64,000 nucleotides of DNA from NCBI GenBank assembly GCA_044350895.1, contig JBILGT010000001.1, positions 41,874 to 105,873 on the forward strand, given 5' to 3'. A program made the position numbers and the translations under genes. This DNA is from Limisphaerales bacterium (GTDB lineage Bacteria; Patescibacteriota; Microgenomatia; UBA1400; PJMF01). The notes beneath the pieces were generated by a model. It saw nothing but the letters and a program-made list of their open reading frames with translations. It made no database searches and had not been told where the DNA came from. How positions within the stretch are numbered: the stretch's first letter is position 1; each line of letters begins with the position of its first letter. Positions 1-8,007 of this stretch are shown one piece after another.

Positions 1-697
1 CATTGGTATCGACAGTGCGAAACGTAAATTTGGTAGTGTCGTTATTGAGTGGATCAAAATAGAGATCATCAGGATCCGCGCCATCGGCTGGGGTTGAATC
101 CTTTTTAATGGTGTATGAAAACGTCTCGAACAGTTTTAGTTCGTCTTGTTTCTCACTAGTCCCAATCATGACAGTCTGCTCAGGATTGAAACTGAGCTTA
201 ATCTCACCATCTTTTTTAGCTTTGAAGCGGAGTTCTAATACTGTAAAAGGATCGCTAGGAGCAGCTTGTGCTGCATTTTGTCTGGTGGCTACAAATGTAA
301 CTGTGTAACCGTGATCTACTTTATATAACTGAAGTTCTGAAAGCTCTAAGCCTGAAGCTTGGATAAATGTAGGAGCAAGTTCTTCGATAATATCGTTGCT
401 GATGACATCAAATTTGAGTTTAACTTTGGAATAGGGAAGACTGTTAGGATCTAGCTTGATAGAAATTTTACGGCTTGCTGAGCTTTCGATTGTTGCACCT
501 GGTCTAGGCTCAAATACAAGTTCACCAGTTCCATCTGCTACTAAAGCTCTTTTTCTCAAGTCTTGTGGCTCACTGAGCAAAATCTGACTAAATACAATTG
601 CCAGTCCACTAACAACAAGTAGAGTACCTGTGCCTACAAGTAATGACACCTTTGAGTCGGATAGTTTCTTAAAAATGTTTTCAGCGCCAAATAACAT
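1..697 (-). CDS. Membrane-anchored surface protein with cohesin-like beta-sandwich (partial; runs off the window)
   Basis: Manual translation from ATG 697, open to the window edge and absent from the ORF track: MLFGAENIFKK..LLVGTGTLLVVSGLAIVFSQILL-SEPQDLRKRA..ISIKLD..VKLKFD..VLELRFKAKKDGEIKLSF. This is a TM helix followed by a cohesin-like strand pattern. Confidence 0.75.
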   Translation of the reverse strand, partial: MLFGAENIFKKLSDSKVSLLVGTGTLLVVSGLAIVFSQILLSEPQDLRKRALVADGTGELVFEPRPGATIESSASRKISIKLDPNSLPYSKVKLKFDVISNDIIEELAPTFIQASGLELSELQLYKVDHGYTVTFVATRQNAAQAAPSDPFTVLELRFKAKKDGEIKLSFNPEQTVMIGTSEKQDELKLFETFSYTIKKDSTPADGADPDDLYFDPLNNDTTKFTFRTVDTN

Positions 698-760
698 GAT
701 TACTTCATACTATATGAAATTTTTATACTTTTGTAGTAGTCATCCACACAGTTTCGTTTT

Positions 761-2917
761 CTAGATTGATTTACCAAAGTTTTCAATCACTTTATTGTAG
801 TCAAAAAGATCTACTGCACCATTCTGAATGATGTCTGCTGGGATAAAACCAGGGCTACCAGTTCTTCCAAAGTCGCCAATCAAAATATTGTAGTCAAAAA
901 TATCAACATCTCTGTCACCATCTAAATTGCCCAAAAGTACATCTGGAAGCGGAGAGGGGCTTGGTGAAGGTTCCGTTGATGCACTGGGCGTAGGTGTTGG
1001 TGGCGCTGTCACAGTAATGGTCAAGATTGGTGAGTTGTTGTTGGATTCATCCAACTCAGTAATTGTGTTATCAACATCTGTCTGAGCATACACTCTATAC
1101 ATTCCATCAGTAACAAATTTGTCAAAGATTGCAGTAAACTCAACCTCTTGGCCAGCGCTCATTGGCACACCTATTATGAAATCTTTCTTATCTATCACAT
1201 TTGAGCTTGAACCTGCCCCAGACAATGAGATTTTTTCAACTGAGATGACAGTTCTAAACGCTGCCGTCGGACGAGTTCCTATGTTTTTAAGCTTAATTGT
1301 CACGCTGACAGTTCCATTTACTGATATTTCGTTTCTATTCAGTGAAAACGTGTTGATAGTTACATCTGGTTTACCTTCTGGTGTAGGTGAAGGGGAGGGA
1401 GTTGGAGTAGCAATATCTGGCTTTATCCAACTTCTATATCCATTGTCGTCACCATCGAATATCCAGCCATTACCAATAAAGCTTACTGAACTGCGGGGAG
1501 TAGTGTAGGGAACAATACTGTCAGGCCCAATTTTCCAGCGTTTCCAATCACTACCAGTTGAAAAATTATACGTACATCGAGAATCAACGCAGGTGGGGTT
1601 AAGATATCGAATGTAGGAATTTCCAGATACTGTTTCAATGGCTATTTTTAGTTGGTGATAGCTGGGTGGGGCAGGAACCATTTCGATACTAATCGCACCA
1701 TTTGCGCCAGCTGTAATCTTGAAATTTGTAGGCTCTGACACAAATAAACCTCCGCCTTCTCGGAGAAGTCCATCAAGGTCATAAATCGCATCCCACCAGT
1801 TGCGAAGTTTTCTTCCTGCAAACACATGAGGATTCTCAGCACCAGGAATGTTTTGAAACCACCAGATTTTATATTCTCTACCACCATCAATTGGGCAACT
1901 TCCACCAGTCCAAGTTGAACAACTGATATTTGTTTTGGTGCCAGTTCGTTGAGGATTCCAGTCAAGGCAATCTGAACTTACGGCTTCAGTTCGATACCAG
2001 CCGTATTCCTCAACTCCATTTGGTGGTGTGTGAATCCAACCACAACCAGGATTAATAACTTTGTGTGATATATCACTGCCGACGAACTTCCCCCAAAATA
2101 ATAACTCAGGCCATTTTTCGGCAGGGAGCATATCTCTTCCATCCAGCCAGTTCATCACAGCTTCCATATGATGCCCATGATCCTCAAGTGCTTCACCAAC
2201 ACCGCGGGTGTAGTTGTAGTTAGAAAGAATATACGTATGTTCGCACTGGGGAAGATCATCAGTCCGCTCACTATTACTAATGTCACCATAGGTTCCGTGA
2301 GTAAAGAAATCTTTGGATAATCTTCCCATCGACATGTTTGATTCAACTGGTTCAATTTCCCCATGATGGTAGCCCCAGACCCAGACTTGCTTAACACCTT
2401 GGTTATCAACCAAATTACAGATATTAATGTCATCGAGCATTTTGCGATAGTTGGGGCGATAGGTGTGATGTTCTTGATTTAATATGACGTCTGATCGAGG
2501 TATTGGCGCAATGTATTCATAGGTATTGCCATGTTGAATGTAGTGCAGTGATGGCTGGCGCATGGGTTGGTTGTATCCTTGCCACTTGGTGCTCATAGTG
2601 AGATCGGTCAAGATTTGAGCAGTAAAATCATTTACCCGATTGCGGAGTTGCTCAATTGTTTGTCCCTCTAGAGATGGTCCAGCAATATTGTGATCAACAT
2701 AGCCGGGTCGACTGGCAAGTTCGGGAAAGTATTGGATAACAATGACTGGCAAATCTCGATACATCTCAGGTTGTGTACTTGCAAATCTACGAGTATCTTG
2801 CGATTCTCCAAGATAGGTGCGAGAAAAATACACACTAAAAGCACCGATAAGTATCAAAAAAATGAGTCCAACTATTGAACTGATGTAAACTGCTTTTCTT
2901 GATGAGAAAAAAGACAT
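761..2917 (-). CDS. Surface protein: TM anchor, uncharacterised His/Glu-rich (putative metallo-enzyme) domain, CARDB/Ig-like domain, PT/PS linkers, C-terminal dockerin-like domain
   Basis: 718 aa. EDHGHHMEA motif; CARDB-like PDVTI..LKNIG..DVDNTITELDESNN; twin Ca-loop repeats GNLDGDRDVDIFDY and ADIIQNGAVDLFDY. Confidence 0.8.
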   Translation of the reverse strand: MSFFSSRKAVYISSIVGLIFLILIGAFSVYFSRTYLGESQDTRRFASTQPEMYRDLPVIVIQYFPELASRPGYVDHNIAGPSLEGQTIEQLRNRVNDFTAQILTDLTMSTKWQGYNQPMRQPSLHYIQHGNTYEYIAPIPRSDVILNQEHHTYRPNYRKMLDDINICNLVDNQGVKQVWVWGYHHGEIEPVESNMSMGRLSKDFFTHGTYGDISNSERTDDLPQCEHTYILSNYNYTRGVGEALEDHGHHMEAVMNWLDGRDMLPAEKWPELLFWGKFVGSDISHKVINPGCGWIHTPPNGVEEYGWYRTEAVSSDCLDWNPQRTGTKTNISCSTWTGGSCPIDGGREYKIWWFQNIPGAENPHVFAGRKLRNWWDAIYDLDGLLREGGGLFVSEPTNFKITAGANGAISIEMVPAPPSYHQLKIAIETVSGNSYIRYLNPTCVDSRCTYNFSTGSDWKRWKIGPDSIVPYTTPRSSVSFIGNGWIFDGDDNGYRSWIKPDIATPTPSPSPTPEGKPDVTINTFSLNRNEISVNGTVSVTIKLKNIGTRPTAAFRTVISVEKISLSGAGSSSNVIDKKDFIIGVPMSAGQEVEFTAIFDKFVTDGMYRVYAQTDVDNTITELDESNNNSPILTITVTAPPTPTPSASTEPSPSPSPLPDVLLGNLDGDRDVDIFDYNILIGDFGRTGSPGFIPADIIQNGAVDLFDYNKVIENFGKSI

Positions 2918-3087
2918 CGTGTATATATAATATAGGAATACTGCGGCAGGGTATAGTTAGCAGTTCTTACACATTTTTGAACTTGTAACTCCAGTTCTGA
3001 GGTATACTATAGTAAGATAAAATCACACGTATGTGTACTTAAGTACAAAGTAGGTGGGTAGCTATAACTACCTGAACGGAGACGATC

Positions 3088-3978
3088 ATGACTAGTGAGA
3101 AAAAAGTCCGCAAAGCGATTATCACTGATGCGGGATTCGCAAGTCGATATTTACCTATTACAAAAACAGTTCCTAAAGCAATGCTTCCATTAGGAAATAA
3201 GCCAATTATGCAGCTCGTCGTTGAAGAGTGTGCAGAAGCCGGAATTGAGGAAATTATTATTGTGGCTACTCCAGAAGGTAAGCCAATTTACGAAGATTAC
3301 TTCCACAATAGTGTCATTCGTATTAAGAAACAACTTGAGTCACAAGGCAAATTAGATCGATATGAGCCAGTTCAAGAAGTTTTAGATTTTCCAAAAATCG
3401 TAGTCATTACGCAAGATCCAAGTCTTCCATATGGTAATGGATCCCCAGTTGCTTCAGCAATGAAGTTTGTAGAAGGTGAAGAGGCATTCTTAGTGCTCTA
3501 CAGTGACGACATTGTTTTCGGTAATCCAGGCGATGCAAAGGCAATGGTTGAGCTGTATGAACAGCATCCTGAATCTGCTGCCATCATCATGGCTCAAGAA
3601 GTCAGCCCAGATGTAGTTGATAAATATGGAATTATCAGTTTCAAAGCTGGTTCCGAGACAGAACTCGATAATATTATCGAGAAACCAGACAAGGGAACAG
3701 CTCCATCAAACTTAGCTTCCTATGGTCGCTACTTACTCAAGCCATCTGTATTTGAATTTTTAAATCCTTCAAATACTGGTAAAGATAGTGAGCTGTGGAC
3801 AGTTGACGCTATTACACAAATTGCAAAAAGTAAGCCAGTGCTTGTTGAAAAAACCAAAGGTTTTTGGATGACAACTGGTGATCCAGAAAACTATTTCCGT
3901 GCACATCTGAAGTTTGTGATGGAGTATGAGAAGTATGCAGGAAAACTTGCTGCATGGGTCCAAGAGTTCACAAAGTAA
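3088..3978 (+). CDS. galU: Sugar-phosphate nucleotidyltransferase, GalU/GtaB-like (UTP-glucose-1-phosphate uridylyltransferase family)
   Basis: RKAIITDAGFASRYLPITKTVPKAMLP, EAGIEEII, YGII..IEKP..APSNLASYGRY, ELWTVDAI. Confidence 0.8.
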   Translation: MTSEKKVRKAIITDAGFASRYLPITKTVPKAMLPLGNKPIMQLVVEECAEAGIEEIIIVATPEGKPIYEDYFHNSVIRIKKQLESQGKLDRYEPVQEVLDFPKIVVITQDPSLPYGNGSPVASAMKFVEGEEAFLVLYSDDIVFGNPGDAKAMVELYEQHPESAAIIMAQEVSPDVVDKYGIISFKAGSETELDNIIEKPDKGTAPSNLASYGRYLLKPSVFEFLNPSNTGKDSELWTVDAITQIAKSKPVLVEKTKGFWMTTGDPENYFRAHLKFVMEYEKYAGKLAAWVQEFTK

Positions 3979-4014
3979 GAGATCTGTAAAAGCATAGTCT
4001 GAGATAGTTTTGAG

Positions 4015-4023
4015 TGGTATACT
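4015..4023 (+). promoter_or_regulatory. Extended -10 promoter (TGgTATACT) upstream of the structured RNA
   Basis: TG-n-TATACT about 20 nt upstream of the long stem that begins at 4043. Confidence 0.55.
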
Positions 4024-4029
4024 AGTAGC

Positions 4030-4194
4030 AGAAAATAGCTCTTTAAAACAGCCGTGCGTGAGAGGTGCAAAGAATTTTCCTCAACACTTCGCAAACGGGT
4101 TCATGGGTTGTTCGGTCCTACCGTGGTAGTCCGACGTCCTACCCACTTTTTCTTTTTGCGGGGAATACGTGCCTCTCACGCTCGGCTGTTTTAA
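4030..4194 (+). ncRNA. Rod-shaped structured RNA; 6S RNA candidate
   Basis: Closing stem TTAAAACAGCCG-T-GCGTGAGAGG-TGC pairs with GTG-CCTCTCACGC-T-CGGCTGTTTTAA. It is followed by an internal bubble, stem CTTCGCAAA/TTTGCGGGG and apical stems TGGGT/ACCCA and CTAC-CGTG-GTAG. G-U pairs favour the + strand. Confidence 0.55.
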
Positions 4195-4249
4195 TAATTC
4201 TCGTGCAAAAATTTCAATTTCTAGGGTAAAATATCTCAGTTGTATAAGT

Positions 4250-4321
4250 GCCCAGATAGTTCAGTGGCAGAACGCTTTCTTGGTAAGAAAGAGGTCGCGA
4301 GTCCGATTCTCGCTCTGGGCT
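4250..4321 (+). tRNA. tRNA-Thr(GGT)
   Basis: Acceptor stem GCCCAGA/TCTGGGC; anticodon loop TT-GGT-AA; T arm GCGAG-TCCGATT-CTCGC; no encoded CCA. Confidence 0.95.
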
Positions 4322-4390
4322 CACCTAAAAAACAAGTTCGTAATTAAAATCTACCAGGATCTCACTTTTCTTGATACAATACATCTTCAT

Positions 4391-4473
4391 GCCAGGTTAC
4401 CCAAGTGGCCAACGGGGGCAGACTGTAAATCTGCTGGCGTACGCCTTCGTAGGTTCGAATCCTTCACCTGGCA
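4391..4473 (+). tRNA. tRNA-Tyr(GTA)
   Basis: GCCAGGT/ACCTGGC; anticodon arm GCAGA-CTGTAAA-TCTGC; long variable arm; GTTCGAATC; A73. Confidence 0.95.
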
Positions 4474-4538
4474 CAGAACATTGCACTATTGGTTTATGCA
4501 GTGTACTGTACGACATATTGCTATAATAAAAACCAAAT

Positions 4539-4610
4539 GCCGGGATAGCTCAGCGGTAGAGCACCTGTTTTGTAAACAGGGGGTCCAGGGTTCGAATCCC
4601 TGTCTCGGCT
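4539..4610 (+). tRNA. tRNA-Thr(TGT)
   Basis: GCCGGGA/TCTCGGC; TAGCTCAGCGGTAGAGC D arm; anticodon loop TT-TGT-AA; GTTCGAATC. Confidence 0.95.
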
Positions 4611-4614
4611 CATA

Positions 4615-4905
4615 ATGAATATTTTAGAGAGTGAACTACTAATAGTAATTTCTTTCATTATAAATCTTTTCCTGAGTGTAGCGCTCATTTTTAAAGCAAA
4701 AAAAACTGGAAAAACCAAACAAGCTGTGATTGGGGCTGGTATAGGTTTTATTACTGCAATTGGGCTTATTTTTGCTGGGATGGTAGTGGTATTTATTTCG
4801 ATGCTCCTAGTGGAATACTCAATTGAAACTGCTTTAAGTCTTTTGATGTCGATAGCTCTGTTGGCAATGCCTACAGGAGTGTTTATTGCGAGCAAAGTGA
4901 AGTAG
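4615..4905 (+). CDS. Hypothetical membrane protein (about 3 TM)
   Basis: 96-aa hydrophobic ORF starting 4 nt after tRNA-Thr. Confidence 0.6.
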   Translation: MNILESELLIVISFIINLFLSVALIFKAKKTGKTKQAVIGAGIGFITAIGLIFAGMVVVFISMLLVEYSIETALSLLMSIALLAMPTGVFIASKVK

Positions 4906-4933
4906 GTTATAATTCGGTTTTTGAAAGGAAAAT

Positions 4934-5479
4934 ATGACACATGAAGTTACTAACTATTATGAGGAAATTAGAAAAGTGCGAACTGAGGCAATTAATGGTC
5001 AAAAGCTAGCTGACTTAATTGCAATTTTTCACCAAACAGGAATGACCGAAGAATTGGCTAAACATCTAATAGATTTGGCTGGTGAAAACAGTTGGCCATG
5101 TCTCAGCGGTGACCTTGAATTAATGAAAAAGAAAAAAGGACCCTATTACACAGGAGCAGAGTTGGCAGAGATGGGGCATGCCTTTAAAGGCATGGATCTC
5201 GCAATGATGTATGAATTGCAAAGACAATCCGCATCCCCTCAAGAAGCTCTATTGCCTCTAGTCCAATCGCTTGCTTTCAAGGATAGATATGATAGTTACA
5301 GAGAAGTACCCTCAGAAGAAGTGGTAGCAGTTCTTGCACAGGTATATAGTGTACTTTTTCCGCCAGCAGAAGATGATGATTTACTTCCGCTAGATGACTA
5401 TACTGGACCTCATCCACGTCCGTATGTTACTGCTAAACAAGAATTCCAACCTTCGCTTGAAGATCTTGTGATAAAGTAG
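4934..5479 (+). CDS. Hypothetical protein
   Basis: 181-aa ORF with AAAGGA SD and an upstream TATAAT. Confidence 0.7.
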   Translation: MTHEVTNYYEEIRKVRTEAINGQKLADLIAIFHQTGMTEELAKHLIDLAGENSWPCLSGDLELMKKKKGPYYTGAELAEMGHAFKGMDLAMMYELQRQSASPQEALLPLVQSLAFKDRYDSYREVPSEEVVAVLAQVYSVLFPPAEDDDLLPLDDYTGPHPRPYVTAKQEFQPSLEDLVIK

Positions 5480-5583
5480 CTTGCTACAAGCAAATAGTCG
5501 AGTTACGACTGATAATCAGGTGTGGAAAAAAGCTAAGTAGTCCTGTATACTACATCTCTTGAGTTTCGCAAAAAGGAACATAT

Positions 5584-5787
5584 ATGGCAAAAAAGAAAAA
5601 AGGACCACGCCAATCTGCTGGTTTAAAGTGCAAAAAATGTGGTGCATTCGGTTATATTACTGAATACAACAAGTTGAATGATCAATTAAAGAAACAACAG
5701 GACGGCAAGGGAGCATTCCCATTGAGTAAGTACTGTGCAGTTTGTCAAACACATGAAGAGCATGTGATGTCAAAGAAACTCAAATAA
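5584..5787 (+). CDS. rpmG: 50S ribosomal protein L33 (two CxxC, Zn-binding type)
   Basis: MAKKKKGPRQSAGLKCKKCG..YITEYNK..LSKYCAVCQTHEEH; SD AAGGA. Confidence 0.92.
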   Translation: MAKKKKGPRQSAGLKCKKCGAFGYITEYNKLNDQLKKQQDGKGAFPLSKYCAVCQTHEEHVMSKKLK

Positions 5788-5811
5788 TAATTGGGTATAC
5801 ATTTGAAATCG

Positions 5812-5837
5812 AAAACCTCCCACCCGGGAGGTTTTTT
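5812..5837 (+). terminator. Intrinsic terminator after rpmG (possibly bidirectional)
   Basis: AAAACCTCCC-accc-GGGAGGTTTTTT. Confidence 0.85.
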
Positions 5838-6070
5838 AGTACGTGCTGTTATTGGGATATGATGCAGATAAAAGGCGAAGCTAATTTATATGTCTTTGGA
5901 CGAAAAATAAAATAATTATAAAACTTCATGAGTCAATGTAAAATAATTTTGAGAAGTGTTTATTTACTCTTTAAATTGATTGTAGTGGGGGACTAACAGG
6001 AGAATTTCTTGAAATGTTAGTGCAAGGAAAGTGCACGCGTATTTGGAAAATATTCGGTCTGACTGTATGT

Positions 6071-7393
6071 CTATTCTGCCGAGAAAGCTCTGTAGGCTTT
6101 AATAATGTTCTTAGTGCCATTCAGGTACAGCTTATCGATTTGAGCTGCGGCATTCATGGCTTGTTCTACCCAAGACTGTGACTTGTGCTGTGCGCTCATC
6201 AAGACTTCCAGTTGCGCAACGATGTTTTCAGAGGCTGCTTTACGGCTGATTCCCTTTTGTTCAAAGATCTTTCTAATATTCTGTTCCCATTCGCCCCACT
6301 CGGAGAGGGTGAGGAGGAAAGAACCCGAAGCTGCCGCGTCATATGCCATATCGCCAGAAGGCTTAGTCATGAATCCATGTGCCCATGGAAAGGCAAATTT
6401 TACCAAATACTCATTGGCATCAACGATTTGAGGATGATAGATGAGGCGTAACTTGGCGGTGTGATCTGAAATTTTCTCAATGGGAACTCTATGCTCAGCA
6501 GCTAGTTCCCGCACCATATCAGCAATGTCCTTATGAGTGGCTGCATAGACGATGATTTGGAATGGACTGGGGCGTTTGCGAAGTTGTGGGAGGAGTTGAG
6601 TGAGAATCTGTCTAATTTCTCCCTTGTTAGTGCCTAGACCGCCAGTGGTAATACAGAGCCGGAGTGGGCCAGAGCGCCATGCATATTTTTTGCTGCGACT
6701 CGCAATGATGCGTGGATCTATAGGAGGGCCAGTCACTATGACACGTTCAGGATCTGCAGTTTTTCCAAGGAGTGCAGCCTTTTCTAGAAATTCCAATTTA
6801 GTATCTTCGTCAAAAACTCCAAAGCGTATCTGCTTTTTTTCAGCGTTGGTAACATACTCATCTCGGACATGCGGATCTGTGATCATTTGGAAGACTTTTT
6901 TACCTTGCATCGATAAAATATTGCCCGCAGCAATATGGAATGAAAGGATGGGTTGTTGAATTTTCTGCGTGAGGTAGGTGAGTGGCGGTGTGATGCTTCC
7001 TAGAATAGGCAACTTCTTTCTCCCAAATGTATCTACAAAGTCTTTAAGTAACTTAAGTAATGGGTGGCGAGCAATTTCTTTGCCAATCTCTTCGGTGAGA
7101 GAAACTGAGAACCAATCTTTGTAGGAAACGTAGTTGGTGGGATCTACAACCCAGGCTTTTTTGGAATCTAACGTATTTCCCCAGGCTTGCACCGCAACAC
7201 CCAGCGCCATTGAGTAGTGGGCGCGAGAGAAGACAGTATCACGGGATGTGTTGTTGTCTGGTAAACCATGCAAGCGCTTTAAATCCTCCCTAAAGGTGGC
7301 TGAAACAGTGAGAATGGGTATCTCTGTCGTTTCCAAAATTTGCTTGTCTTTTTCGAGGGTCTTTACAAGGGCAAGGTCAAAAAGTTCTGGCAT
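6071..7393 (-). CDS. GT-B fold glycosyltransferase-like protein (MurG/UgtP, GT28-like)
   Basis: MITDPHV, VIVTGPPIDPRI, CITTGGLG, FMTKPSG, GEWEQN align with the UgtP/MGDG-synthase motif order. Confidence 0.6.
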   Translation of the reverse strand: MPELFDLALVKTLEKDKQILETTEIPILTVSATFREDLKRLHGLPDNNTSRDTVFSRAHYSMALGVAVQAWGNTLDSKKAWVVDPTNYVSYKDWFSVSLTEEIGKEIARHPLLKLLKDFVDTFGRKKLPILGSITPPLTYLTQKIQQPILSFHIAAGNILSMQGKKVFQMITDPHVRDEYVTNAEKKQIRFGVFDEDTKLEFLEKAALLGKTADPERVIVTGPPIDPRIIASRSKKYAWRSGPLRLCITTGGLGTNKGEIRQILTQLLPQLRKRPSPFQIIVYAATHKDIADMVRELAAEHRVPIEKISDHTAKLRLIYHPQIVDANEYLVKFAFPWAHGFMTKPSGDMAYDAAASGSFLLTLSEWGEWEQNIRKIFEQKGISRKAASENIVAQLEVLMSAQHKSQSWVEQAMNAAAQIDKLYLNGTKNIIKAYRAFSAE

Positions 7394-7439
7394 ACACTCA
7401 GCATACAGTCAACGTTATACCCACGTAAAGGAGCGGCAG

Positions 7440-7760
7440 CTATTGTCTAGGCTCATCAGCTTGTGCAGGAGTTTCTTCAAATCCGTGTCCGCGAGTTGGC
7501 GCAGTCATGCGGTATGCTTGATAGTCTGGAGCATTCGCAGTCACATCACCTTTTGATTGTGGCTCGCTGAGTCCGTGTCCACGAGTAGGTGCAGTCACGC
7601 GTTCTGTGGGAAGACCAGCCTCTTGAAGAGCTGCAAGAATGTCTCCGATTGTAAGGTTATCTCCGAATGCTTCTAATGCCTTAAGGAAATTTGATTTATC
7701 GATCACTGGTGCATCATCTGCAGTTTGTTTGATAGGCTCTACTTGAGGTATTTCTGACAT
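7440..7760 (-). CDS. Small acidic protein with duplicated R[VM]TAPTRGHG motif
   Basis: Likely start MSEIPQ at 7760, preceded by AAAGGA; 106 aa. Confidence 0.7.
   Translation of the reverse strand: MSEIPQVEPIKQTADDAPVIDKSNFLKALEAFGDNLTIGDILAALQEAGLPTERVTAPTRGHGLSEPQSKGDVTANAPDYQAYRMTAPTRGHGFEETPAQADEPRQ
7482..7601. repeat. 30-bp direct repeat (7482-7511 and 7572-7601), in-frame, 90-bp period
   Basis: TCCGTGTCC[G/A]CGAGT[T/A]GG[C/T]GCAGTCA[T/C]GCG; 26/30 identical. Confidence 0.9.
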
Positions 7761-7897
7761 GCATATTCCTTTAATGTATAAGTAATACTTTTCACTATAT
7801 TTCTTTACATTTCCCATGTCTACAAGTAAATCTTCAATTTGCCAGGCAGCGTTAGTCACTCTATAATACGTCAGCTCATATTAAGCTCAAAGAACGT

Positions 7898-7968
7898 AGG
7901 GCCGTAGTTCAACGGTAGAATAGAGGTCTCCAAAACCTTTGACGAAGGTTCGATTCCTTCCGGCCCTG
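7898..7968 (+). tRNA. tRNA-Trp(CCA)
   Basis: AGGGCCG/CGGCCCT; anticodon loop CT-CCA-AA; GTTCGATTC; G73. Confidence 0.95.
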
Positions 7969-8007
7969 CAAAGTATTTATCCAGATCAAGTTTAGATTGG
8001 TAAATGT

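Noticed and set aside
3034-3077. Palindrome TGTACTTAAGTACA and a small hairpin upstream of galU
   Set aside because: Single short AT-rich instance with no recognisable regulator consensus.
4043-4194. SRP RNA, tmRNA or riboswitch identity for the rod
   Set aside because: No SRP domain IV motif or tRNA-like ends, and no downstream CDS to regulate.
4169-4615. 148-aa ORF and the antisense ORF 4521-4940
   Set aside because: They overlap tRNA genes; spurious frames.
5840-6070. AT-rich gap after the rpmG terminator
   Set aside because: Only short frames of about 26 codons or fewer were found; no recognisable motif or structure.
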